Source: an uncultured Candidatus Rokubacteria bacterium (lineage in GTDB: Bacteria > Methylomirabilota > Methylomirabilia > Rokubacteriales > CSP1-6). Taken from it: DNA of 64,000 bases. Of the stretch, positions 30,049 through 39,174 are shown in pieces; the first letter of the stretch is position 1; each line of letters begins with the position of its first letter. A program made the position numbers and the translations under genes. Below the pieces are notes generated by a model. It searched no databases. It had not been told where the DNA came from and was given only the letters and a program-made list of their open reading frames with translations. Where the stretch lies: the NCBI GenBank assembly GCA_963758635.1, contig CAVWWD010000006.1, positions 128,001-192,000 of the forward strand, read 5' to 3'.

Positions 30049-31014
30049 TCAGTGGGGCAGCCCGAGGACGATCTGGCTGTTGTGCTCGAGGATCCGGTCC
30101 GCGTCCTCGGCGGGCAGACCGCACTCGCGCACGTAGTGGAACGTCTGCCGGTACGTCTCGAACGCCATGAGGACGGGATAGTCGCTGCCCGCCACCAGGC
30201 GCTCGGCCCCGAAGGCCTTCCACGCGCAGAGGAGCGCGGCGTGCGAGCCGTGGCCCACCGTGTCGTAGTAGAAGCGGCGCGCCGTCACGCTCGGGCGCTC
30301 GGGCAGGTCGGGGTGCTGCCGCGGCGCCTGGTTGTCGAGCCGCTGGAGCTGCATCGGGATGATGCCGCCGAGGTGCGGGATCACGTAGGTGATGCGCGGG
30401 AAGCGCGCGGCGGTGTGCCGCGCGATCAGGTGGAGCACGATGGCGCTGTCCTCGAGCGAGGCGCCCACGGACACGGTGAAGCGGTAGTCGTTGATGAGCG
30501 GCGAGCAGATGCCGTTCTGGATCGGGTGGTAGTTCAGGACGGCGCCGCGGCGATTCATCTCCTCGTAGAGCGGCTCGAACTCGGCCTCGGCGGTGGAGCG
30601 GTCGAAGCACGAGCACGTCATCGACACCCCGAGCATGCCGAGGCGGTCGAGGCCGCGCTCCATCTCGCGGAGCGACGCGTCGATGTGGGGCAGCGGCAGC
30701 GACACGAAGGCGGCGAAGCGTCCGGGATGCTGCGCGGCGAGCTCGGCGTAGGCGTCGTTGATCAGCCGCGCCGCGGCCACCGCGTCGGCTTCCTTCTCCG
30801 CGTACGGCGGGCTCGCCGCCGGCGACAGCACCTGCATGCTCACGCCCGCGTCGTCCATCTGCGCGAGGCGCGCCGGGATGCCGGAGCCGTCGTCCTCGCG
30901 CATGGGCCGCGCCGTCAGCGCCCGCGCCGCCTCGGGCAGGCTCTTCCCGCCGATCCGCACGAGGATGTCGTTGTAGGCCTTCGGGAAATAGTGGGCGTGG
31001 ATGTCGACGATCAT
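30049..31014 (-). CDS. Amidohydrolase family protein (ACMSD-like)
   Basis: MIVDIHAH, PHLGG, YYDT, GSDYP. Confidence 0.88.
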   Translation of the reverse strand: MIVDIHAHYFPKAYNDILVRIGGKSLPEAARALTARPMREDDGSGIPARLAQMDDAGVSMQVLSPAASPPYAEKEADAVAAARLINDAYAELAAQHPGRFAAFVSLPLPHIDASLREMERGLDRLGMLGVSMTCSCFDRSTAEAEFEPLYEEMNRRGAVLNYHPIQNGICSPLINDYRFTVSVGASLEDSAIVLHLIARHTAARFPRITYVIPHLGGIIPMQLQRLDNQAPRQHPDLPERPSVTARRFYYDTVGHGSHAALLCAWKAFGAERLVAGSDYPVLMAFETYRQTFHYVRECGLPAEDADRILEHNSQIVLGLPH

Positions 31015-31084
31015 CGGGCCCCTCCTCGGCCGGGGAACGTGGTGCGCTCGATAGTAAGCCTTGTCACGGCCAAGTCCATCGCCT
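30982..31084. repeat. Direct repeat copy 1 (103 bp) flanking the HTTM insert
   Basis: Identical to 32746-32847 except one extra C in a homopolymer. Confidence 0.95.
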
Positions 31085-32650
31085 CTCTGCCGAGTTAGAA
31101 GCGCCCATCCTGGGAGCCAGGGTGGACGCTGTTTCTTGTGGGAAGGCTGCCGAAAGACTCAGAGAGGATTGCGGATGGCGCGGTGCGAAGACTGACCTGG
31201 CTGGCGGGCAGTCGAGCGTGGCGAGCAGAAGGCGGTCGCTCGGTGCCTCCCCTGAGCCGGGGGTTGGAATGACATCTCTCACCATCACCAGTGAGACACG
31301 TTCCAGCCGGCGCTCCCGCTCGTTGCGAGCATTCCACTCTCGACACAGATACTCGAGCAGGGCCGGATGGGTCGCTTGGAAGGCCGGGTCGTGAATCCCC
31401 CTCCTGATGTGAAGTAGGTAGTTGGTCCAGCGAAACCCGCGCTGCGCCGACTGAAGATCCGAAGGCCTGCTCCAGTCCAGCGGGGCACGGCGCAGCACGT
31501 CGATCTCCGAACCATCCGCCAGCTGCCCCGGCACGACGACCCGGAGCCGGTCGCGCGGAATGACCGAAAACATCGCCCAGCCCTCTTGCAGGTGCAGGAG
31601 AACGGCGACCCTGTGCACTGATGCGGGGACCGCGTAGTGGGGCGTGCCATGGACGACCAGGCCGGTGACTGCGTAGGCGATCAGCACGATCAGATAGGCC
31701 AGGGGCACCAGGGCGAGTCTCTCTGACCAGCTGGCGGGTAGGGCGCGCTGTTCGCCGCGACTCGGCGCCTCGCGTCCAGCTCCGTGGCGCGCTGCGCGCA
31801 GCTCCCATATGGTCGAGGGTAGAAAGGCCAGCCAAGCTGCGAGCCCCACGAGCTGGAATACGCCAATCGCTTGGCAGAGCTGGAGGCCTAGGTGCAAGGA
31901 CCAAAAAAGCCCTACCGCTGTCAGGCGTGCGGCTCCGTTGCGCCAGGGCGAGAGCACGAGCAACGGTCCGACGATCTCCACCCACCTGACGGCGAAGGAG
32001 AGCGGCCCGATGAGCGCCAGCTGGGAACGCAGCCAGCGACCCGCAGTCGTAACGTATTCCTCCTGGTTCAGCGCGTACCACAGCGCCGTACCGTCGAACC
32101 ACTCGGGTCCGGTCTTTTTCAGGCCGGTGAGCACGTAAACCAGGACCACCTGCAGCAGCAAACCGGCTCCCGCCCACGATCGAATGCGCGTCACGCCGGG
32201 CGGCGCGGGACGCAGGGACAGGCGGGCCCCGGTGGGCAGTAAGATGCACCACATGAGCATCAGTAGCAGGTAGCGATCGCCCGCCATGTACAGGGCCGGG
32301 TTGCGATCCTGTAGTGCCGCGAGCAGCACCCAGGCGGCGGCGGCGGCGAGGCGCGGAGTCACGCCCAGAGCCAGGCACAGCGCCGCGATCGCGAGCAGCG
32401 CGACTCCGATCCACAGCAATGAGGGCCAGGCGGCTACCCAGGTGAAGGGCGAAGCCGCCACTCGCAGGTCCCAGAGCCTGCGCGCCAGCTCCGGCGGAAG
32501 CACGCCGCTGACCCCGTAGAGCGCGTCGAGGTCGCGCACGCGCGAGACGAGATCGACGAGCAGGGCGAGCGCGACGCCGATCCGAAAGAGCGCCAGCGAG
32601 CGGAGGTCGATCTCGATCAGCGAGCCCACGTCGAAGCGCAGACGGGTCAA
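31064..32650 (-). CDS. HTTM-domain membrane protein
   Basis: IDLRSLALFRI, RNP..GDRYL..W..LP.GARLSL, TGLKKTGPEWFDGTAL, QEGWAMF; several TM helices; lower GC than flanks. Confidence 0.8.
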   Translation of the reverse strand: MTRLRFDVGSLIEIDLRSLALFRIGVALALLVDLVSRVRDLDALYGVSGVLPPELARRLWDLRVAASPFTWVAAWPSLLWIGVALLAIAALCLALGVTPRLAAAAAWVLLAALQDRNPALYMAGDRYLLLMLMWCILLPTGARLSLRPAPPGVTRIRSWAGAGLLLQVVLVYVLTGLKKTGPEWFDGTALWYALNQEEYVTTAGRWLRSQLALIGPLSFAVRWVEIVGPLLVLSPWRNGAARLTAVGLFWSLHLGLQLCQAIGVFQLVGLAAWLAFLPSTIWELRAARHGAGREAPSRGEQRALPASWSERLALVPLAYLIVLIAYAVTGLVVHGTPHYAVPASVHRVAVLLHLQEGWAMFSVIPRDRLRVVVPGQLADGSEIDVLRRAPLDWSRPSDLQSAQRGFRWTNYLLHIRRGIHDPAFQATHPALLEYLCREWNARNERERRLERVSLVMVRDVIPTPGSGEAPSDRLLLATLDCPPARSVFAPRHPQSSLSLSAAFPQETASTLAPRMGASNSAERRWTWP

Positions 32651-32745
32651 GACGGTCCTTTAAACGGGAGCGGCTGGGAAGGCTACCCGACGATCACGGA
32701 CGGTTCTTGAGGCTCTTCCTGACGGACTCGATCTGGGGGGTTGCC

Positions 32746-32847
32746 CGGGAAATAGTGGGCGTGGATGTCGACGATCATCGGGCCCTCCTCGGCCGGGGAA
32801 CGTGGTGCGCTCGATAGTAAGCCTTGTCACGGCCAAGTCCATCGCCT
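32746..32847. repeat. Direct repeat copy 2 (102 bp): duplicated upstream region, RBS and first 11 codons of the amidohydrolase
   Basis: Minus strand encodes MIVDIHAHYFP and then diverges. Confidence 0.95.
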
Positions 32848-32890
32848 ACGATCGGGCCCTCGGGCCGGACCATCCCACGGAGGTGTCACC

Positions 32891-33830
32891 ATGAAGTTCG
32901 GCATCCACATCGGTCACATGGGCGGGCCCATCGGCGAGATGCGGAAGCTCTGGAAGTTCGCCGACGCCAAGGGCTTCGACTGGTTCTCGGTCTCCGACCA
33001 CTTCCAGGAGTCGCCGCCCCGCGGCGGCGACATGGACTGCTACGAGGCCATCGCCACGCTCACCGCGGCGGCCATGGACACCACGAAGATCCGCCTCGGC
33101 AGCGGCGTCTACTGCGTGGTCTACCGGAACCCCGCGCTCCTCGCCAAGTCCCTCACCACCATCGACCACCTCTCGAACGGGCGCGTGGACTGTGGCCTGG
33201 GCGCGGGCTGGCACGCGATCGAGGCCACGGCCTACGGCTACGCGTTCCCCACGATCGGCCCGCGCGAGGACATGCTCGAGGAGTACGCGCAGATCCTCCG
33301 CATGCTGCTCGACCCCGAGCAGCGGCGCGCCGACTTCACGGGTAAGCACTTCACCGTGACGAACGCCCCCAACAATCCGAAGCCGCTCCAGCCCCGCATC
33401 CCCATCTGGATCGGCGGGCGCGGCGAGAAGCGCACGCTCCGCGCCGCCGCCAAGTACGCGGACGGGTGGAACGGCGCCTACATCGGACCCGACGAGTGGA
33501 AGCACAAGGGCACCGTGCTCGACCAGTGGTGCGAGAAGGAAGGGCGGGATCCCGAAGACGATCATGCGCACGGTGAACCTCGGCTTCTACCTCGGCGCCG
33601 ACGCCCGCGGCGCCGCCCGCGCCGACGAGATCTTCACGAGCCACTGGGGGACGAGCGGGGAGCGGGCCGCGCGTACCGGCCACCTGCGCGGCACGGTGAA
33701 GGACGCGCGCGAGATGGTCGAGGCGTTCCGGGCCCTCGGCTGCACGCGGCTCAACATCGCCTTCCGCGAGGGGCCCTACGACTGGGAGGCCCTGGAGGCG
33801 TTCGCGAGCGAGATCGTCGCCAAGGGCTGA
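32891..33830 (+). CDS. LLM-class flavin/F420-dependent oxidoreductase (frameshift ~33555)
   Basis: VSDHF, YRNPALLAK, DHLSNGR..GLGAGW, PIWIGG. Confidence 0.87.
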
Positions 33831-33858
33831 ACGCGATCCCGGGAGCTGCCGGGCCCGC

Positions 33859-34221
33859 TCAGCAGCGGGCGGTGTCGTCGACGAGCAGGCGCATCGCTCC
33901 GGTGGCGGGGTCGTAGTCGATGTCGTTGCCCGCGCACTGAAAGCGCGGCGGGCCGGCGAGGAGCCCGAGCACCGTGGCCTTGTCGGGCGGCCACTTCTCG
34001 TGCTGGGCCTGATACGTCCGCACGAGGCCGGTGAGCGTGGCCAGGGTGGCGCGGTCGGTGGCGAGCCTGGTGTGGGCGAGCGGCTTCTCCTCCTGGAGCT
34101 TCTGCACCGTGGTGGAGGTCGAGCCGAAGTAGCGGGCGAAGAGGAACCCGGCGATCGCGATCACGACCAGCACGATCGCGACCTCGATCAGCCCCATCCC
34201 GCGCTCGTTCCCGCGCCGCAC
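33859..34221 (-). CDS. Small prepilin-like protein (type IV pilin N-terminal cleavage motif)
   Basis: NERG|MGLIEVAIVLVVIAIAG: G-1, E+5, hydrophobic helix. Confidence 0.7.
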   Translation of the reverse strand: MRRGNERGMGLIEVAIVLVVIAIAGFLFARYFGSTSTTVQKLQEEKPLAHTRLATDRATLATLTGLVRTYQAQHEKWPPDKATVLGLLAGPPRFQCAGNDIDYDPATGAMRLLVDDTARC

Positions 34222-34321
34222 GCCGCCATCTTCGGCCGCCGCCGGGCCAGGAGTCAAGAATGGCGCTAGAATCTGTGCCTCTGCGGCCTCATCGCGGCCC
34301 GAGGCGGCCGGAGGTTCCGTG

Positions 34322-35416
34322 ATGGCCAGCTTGCGCACCCCGCTCTGCGATCTCCTCGGCATCGAGTATCCGATCGTCCAGGCGCCGATGGCCGGAGGGC
34401 CCACCACGCCCGAGCTGGTCGGGGCGGTCAGCGCGGCGGGCGCGCTCGGGTCATTCGGGCACGCGTACACGCCGCCCGCGACGATCCGCGAGGACGCCGC
34501 CGCGGTGCGGGCCCGGACGAGCCGCCCGTTCAACCTGAACCTGTTCGCCGCGCCCCTCCCCGATGAGCCGCCGCTCGAGGCGCAGCGCGCGGCCATCGAC
34601 GCCGCGCGTGGCATGTTCGTCAAGCTGGGCCTCACCGCCCCCGAGCGCGTGCCGCCGCCCTACGCGCCGGACTTCGCCGAGCAGATCGAAGTCGTCTGCG
34701 ACGTCCGGCCGCCCGTCCTCACCGTGCACCTCGGCGACCTGCCCGCCGGCGTCGTCACCAGGTTCCGTGGCCTCGGCATCCGGCTGGGCTGCGGCGCCAC
34801 GTCGGTCCGGGAGGCGCGACGGCTCGAGGCGATGGGCGCGGATTTCGTCATCGCGCAGGGCGGCGAGGCGGGCGGCCACCGGGGCACGTTCCTCGGCTCC
34901 CCCGAGCACGCGATGACCGGCACGCTCGCGCTCGTGCGCCAGGTCGTGCGGGCCGTCCGCGTCCCCGTGGTGGCCGCTGGCGGCATCATGGACGGGGCGG
35001 GCATCGCCGCCGTGCTCGCGCTGGGCGCGCAGGCCGCGCAGCTCGGCACGGCGTTCGTGGTCTGCCCGGAGAGCGGCGCGCCCGAGGCGCACAAGAAGGC
35101 CGTCCTCGGCATGGACGGCGACGAGACCACCATCACGCTCGCCTTCAGCGGAAAGCCCGCCCGCGGCGTCCGCAACGCCTTCACGGAGACCGCGGAGCGC
35201 GAGCGGTGGCCGCTCCTGCCGTTCCCGGCGCAGGCGAAGCTCACCGCGCCGCTCCGCCAGGCGAGCGCGCGCGAAGGCTCGCCCGACCTGTTCTCCGCGT
35301 GGTCGGGTCAGGCCGGCTCGCTCGGCCGGCCGCTGCCCGCGGCCGAGCTGGTCCGGACGCTCGTCGCCGAGGCGGAGGACACCATCGAACGACTCCGCTC
35401 GATGCTCACGCGCTGA
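34322..35416 (+). CDS. Nitronate monooxygenase family protein
   Basis: PIVQAPMAGG, QGGEAGGHRGTF, AAGGIMDG, FSGKPARG. Confidence 0.9.
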   Translation: MASLRTPLCDLLGIEYPIVQAPMAGGPTTPELVGAVSAAGALGSFGHAYTPPATIREDAAAVRARTSRPFNLNLFAAPLPDEPPLEAQRAAIDAARGMFVKLGLTAPERVPPPYAPDFAEQIEVVCDVRPPVLTVHLGDLPAGVVTRFRGLGIRLGCGATSVREARRLEAMGADFVIAQGGEAGGHRGTFLGSPEHAMTGTLALVRQVVRAVRVPVVAAGGIMDGAGIAAVLALGAQAAQLGTAFVVCPESGAPEAHKKAVLGMDGDETTITLAFSGKPARGVRNAFTETAERERWPLLPFPAQAKLTAPLRQASAREGSPDLFSAWSGQAGSLGRPLPAAELVRTLVAEAEDTIERLRSMLTR

Positions 35417-35449
35417 CCCGATGCTCACGCCCTGACAAGGAGACCCACC

Positions 35450-36082
35450 ATGGCCGCTCCCGCGCTCTACCTGGTCCGGATGGACGTCGCGCACGACCAC
35501 GAGACCGCGTTCAACACCGTCTACGATCGCGAGCACGTGCCCGCCCTCGCCGCGGTGCCCGGCGTGCGCCGGGCCGCCCGCTTCAAGAACCCGTCGCCGA
35601 CGGACCCGCGCTACGTCGCGGCGTACGAGATGGACGGGCCGCAGGTGGTGGACAGCCCGGCGTGGAAGGCCGCGGGCGAGTCCGGCGAGTGGCCGACAAA
35701 GATCCGGCCTCACACCATGAACCGTCATCGGACGGTCTACGAGTGGGTGGGATCGAGCCCGCAGCTCACGCACTCCACGCCCTACGTCTTCTGGGTGATG
35801 ATGGACGTGGAGCCGCACCGCGAGGCGCTGTTCAACGAGCTCTACGACACGGAGCACGTGCCGCTCCTGCTCAAGCTGCCCGGCTGCGTGAACGTGGTCC
35901 GCTACCGCACGCTGCGCACGGAGACGCCGGGCGATCCGCGCTACCTCGCCGCCTACGAGGTCGAGAATCCCGACCTGCCCATGTCCAAGCTCTGGAACGA
36001 CACGTCGGACATCGGCCGCTGGAAGCCCGAGGTGCGGCCCTACACGTACAACAAGCGCTACATCGTCAGCCAGCGGGTCTAG
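35450..36082 (+). CDS. Hypothetical protein with two tandem EthD/Dabb-like domains
   Basis: Internal duplication FNxxYDxEHVPxL..PG..RY.AAYE; AAGGAG RBS. Confidence 0.75.
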   Translation: MAAPALYLVRMDVAHDHETAFNTVYDREHVPALAAVPGVRRAARFKNPSPTDPRYVAAYEMDGPQVVDSPAWKAAGESGEWPTKIRPHTMNRHRTVYEWVGSSPQLTHSTPYVFWVMMDVEPHREALFNELYDTEHVPLLLKLPGCVNVVRYRTLRTETPGDPRYLAAYEVENPDLPMSKLWNDTSDIGRWKPEVRPYTYNKRYIVSQRV

Positions 36083-36084
36083 AC

Positions 36085-36720
36085 TCAGGCGGTCACGCCG
36101 TCGGTGCGCTCCGGGATGAGGCGCTTCGGCAGTCGCCGCCGCGCTGCTGTCTTGAGCTCGGTGGCGCGCGCGTACCAGATCCGGGCCGCGCCGTCTCGGG
36201 CGACGCTGGCGATCAGCGTGCCGTCCGGGCTCCAGGCCAGCGCGGACACGCCGTTGTGCTGACCCGGGTACACCGCGAGCTGCCGTCCGCTGGCCAGGTC
36301 CCACAGGCGCACGCTGCCGTCGTCGTCGCCCGTGACCAGCGCGGCGGCGTCCGGGGCGATCGCGACCGCCGTGACCGCCCTGGCGTGGCCGCGGAGCACG
36401 AGGGGATCGCCTCCCCGCGCGCGATCCCACACGCGTGCCTCGCCGCTCGAGTCGGTCGCCACGAAGATTCCGGCCGGCAACGCCCAGGCGGCATAGATGC
36501 TGGAGCGCGCCACGTCGATGTTCTCCTCGCGCAGGAGCGTCCCGCTCGCCGCGTCCCACACGCGCATGCTCCCGTCGCTCGCCCCGACCGTGCGGAGCAC
36601 GCGCTCGGCGATTCCGGGCCGGCGCCTGGATGGCGCGCTCCGCGTTCGCTGGGATCGCTCGCACGTCGTTCGCGCGGTGCTGGACGTCGTCGGTCTGCTG
36701 GCACTCGGGGTCGCGAGCAC
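36085..36720 (-). pseudogene. WD40-repeat protein, probably a C-terminal fragment
   Basis: DGSMRVWD, GHARAVTAVA..DGSVRLWD, LAWSPDG; only about 4 blades and no convincing start. Confidence 0.6.
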
Positions 36721-36768
36721 GACACGCCGTCCGGGCCGCGTTCAGGCGCGCCGGGCGCGGAGGAGAGC

Positions 36769-37866
36769 TCAGGCGACGCGGTAACGGGCGAGGGCGGCGG
36801 GGTCGACCGAGGCGCCGAGACCCGGAGCCTCGCGCAGCACGATGACGCCCGCATCGAGGCCGACCGGGTCGACGACGACGTCGGCGGCCATCTTGAGGGG
36901 GCCCACGGCCTCGCAGCCCGGCATGATGGCCTCGCTGCACGCGGCCACCGCCGCTTCGGCCAGCGTGGACAGCGTGAGGCCGAAGCCGTGGCCGATCACC
37001 ACGCGGAGCCCGGCGGCGGCCGCGCACTCCGCCATCTGGAGTGTTCGGAGCAGCCCGCCCTGCTTCATCACCTTCACCTTCACGATGTCCGCGGCCTCGC
37101 GACGGATGATGTCCACGAGCGACGCCGCGCCGGTGACGCTCTCGTCCGCCATGAGCGGCACGCGGATCGCCCGCCGGATCTCGGCGAGGCCGGCGATGTC
37201 GTCGCGCGGGATGGGCTGCTCGACCAGGGTGAGATCGTGCCGCTCCAGCCGACGGATCACGTCGACCGCCTCGTGGCGCGCGAGGCTCTCGTTGAAGTCC
37301 ACGCGCAGGGCCATCCGCGTGCCCACGGCCGCGCGCACCGCGGCGACGCGATCGGGACCGTCCGGCCCCGAGCCGGCGATCTTGATCTTCGCCGTGGTGA
37401 AGCCGCGCTCGAGCCACTCCACCGCCTCGCGCGCCGCGCGCTCGGGCGGCACCGTGCCGATCCACGCGTTGAGCGTGACCTCGTCGCGGACCCGGCCCCC
37501 CAGGAGCGAGTGCACGGGCAAGCCGACGGCGCGGCCCTTGAGGTCGAACAGCGCCATCTCGACGCCGGCCTTCGCCTCGTAGCGCTCGGCCACCGTGGCG
37601 TCCATCACGGCAAGCGCGCGGCGAACGTTGAGGGGATCGAGACCCGCCAGCGCGGGCGCCAGGCCTGCGATGGTCTCGCGGATCTCCTCGGCCGACATCA
37701 GCGAGTAGCCGGGCGTGGGATCCACGTTCCCCCAGCCCTCGACGCCCTCGTCCGTGGTCACGCGCACGAGGACGCTCCGCTGCACGGCGGCGACGCCGTG
37801 AACGCCGCGCACCGGCTGGCGCATGGGGATGTCGACGACGATCGGCTCGACGGAGAGGATCTTCAT
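36769..37866 (-). CDS. Enolase superfamily enzyme (muconate cycloisomerase/dipeptide epimerase-like)
   Basis: EMALFDL, KIKI, RVDFN, VEQP, MADES, KVMKQGG. Confidence 0.88.
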   Translation of the reverse strand: MKILSVEPIVVDIPMRQPVRGVHGVAAVQRSVLVRVTTDEGVEGWGNVDPTPGYSLMSAEEIRETIAGLAPALAGLDPLNVRRALAVMDATVAERYEAKAGVEMALFDLKGRAVGLPVHSLLGGRVRDEVTLNAWIGTVPPERAAREAVEWLERGFTTAKIKIAGSGPDGPDRVAAVRAAVGTRMALRVDFNESLARHEAVDVIRRLERHDLTLVEQPIPRDDIAGLAEIRRAIRVPLMADESVTGAASLVDIIRREAADIVKVKVMKQGGLLRTLQMAECAAAAGLRVVIGHGFGLTLSTLAEAAVAACSEAIMPGCEAVGPLKMAADVVVDPVGLDAGVIVLREAPGLGASVDPAALARYRVA

Positions 37867-37936
37867 ACGCGGCATTCTACCGGCCGCCGCGCCCGGACCG
37901 CCACCACCGAGCACCGCGGCCGGCGCGGCGGGCCGG

Positions 37937-39091
37937 TCACGCGCCGGACGCGCGCTTCCGCGCCCACGCCGCGCGGAGGTAGCCCAGGAGCTCCTCGGCT
38001 CGGCCGTCCCAGGAGTTCGCCGCGCCCAGCGCGCGCCGCCGCTCCGCGCCCTCGTCCGGGGCCGCGAGCGCGCGCCGCACGCTCTCGATGAAGGCGGGCG
38101 GCGACGCCGCCAGCGCGATCGCGTCGGCGAACCGGGCGGTGCCGGCCACCGGGGTGCTCACCACGGGACGCCCGCTGGCGAGGTAGTCGTAGAGCTTGAT
38201 CGGATCCATGGTCTCGGTGAGCGCGTCCACGGTGTGCGGGAGCAGGCAGACGTCGAGCCCCGCGAGGATCCTCGGGAGCTCTCGGTGCTCGCGCGGCCCG
38301 AGGAGGTGCACGTTCGGGCGCCGGGCCAGCGCGTCGGCGGCGGCCCGGTCGCTCGGCCACACCGGGCCGATCAGCACGAGCGACCAGCCGGGCTCGGCGC
38401 CGGCGAGGGCGTCGAGCAGCGCGTAGTCGAGCCGGTTCGCGATCTGCCCGACGTAGCCGAGGCGCGGCCGCGGGATGCCGGCGAGCGGGTCCGGGCCGGC
38501 GAGCGGGTCGCCCCCGATCGCGCCGAGGTCGGTGGCGTTGGGCAGCCACTCCACGTGCCGCCCGGCCGCCCGCGCGCGGTCGCAGAGCGCGCGCGAGACG
38601 GCCACCACCAGGTCCACGCGCCGGAGGAGGCGGTCGGTGGCCGCGGCCATCGCCGCGCGCTCGGCCGGCGGCAGCGAGCCGAACCGGGCGAAGTCGTCCG
38701 TCCAGTCGAACACGGTGAGCACCGGGTCGGGACACTCGTCCAGCAGCGCCGCGTGCATCGGGTGGGTGATGTAGACGACGTCGACGCCGCCCCGCCAGCC
38801 GAGGTGACGCCGATCGAGCCAGCGACGCGCGGCACGGTAGAGCGGCCGGACCGGGGCGGCGAGCCCGTCGGCCACGTGCGCGGGCAAGGCGCCCGTCGAG
38901 ACCACGCCCGGCACCACGCGGCGGGCCGGCCGCAGGCCGAGCCCCCGGCGCACGGCATCGAGCGCGCACCGACGATCCCACGGCGCCGCGTGGAGAACGC
39001 CCGCGACCTCCGGCGCCCGGGCAAGCCGCGCCGCGAGCTGCTGGCGCCGCGCGTCGCGGAAGTCCCACGGCAGGCCGGTCAGGAACAGCAC
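37937..39091 (-). CDS. GT-B glycosyltransferase (start uncertain)
   Basis: LPNATD, LGYVGQI, PIKLYDYLASGRPVVST. Confidence 0.82.
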   Translation of the reverse strand: MLFLTGLPWDFRDARRQQLAARLARAPEVAGVLHAAPWDRRCALDAVRRGLGLRPARRVVPGVVSTGALPAHVADGLAAPVRPLYRAARRWLDRRHLGWRGGVDVVYITHPMHAALLDECPDPVLTVFDWTDDFARFGSLPPAERAAMAAATDRLLRRVDLVVAVSRALCDRARAAGRHVEWLPNATDLGAIGGDPLAGPDPLAGIPRPRLGYVGQIANRLDYALLDALAGAEPGWSLVLIGPVWPSDRAAADALARRPNVHLLGPREHRELPRILAGLDVCLLPHTVDALTETMDPIKLYDYLASGRPVVSTPVAGTARFADAIALAASPPAFIESVRRALAAPDEGAERRRALGAANSWDGRAEELLGYLRAAWARKRASGA

Positions 39092-39174
39092 GCGCCAGCG
39101 GCCGGCGCCGGCTGCCAGCGTGGGGGCTCCGTGGCTCCCAGGAGCGTCGCGGCGAGCGGACAGAGTCTTCGCGC

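Noticed and set aside
35400..35436. 19-bp-period tandem duplication at the nitronate monooxygenase stop
   Set aside because: Real but short and two-copy, with no associated mobile-element features; probably local slippage.
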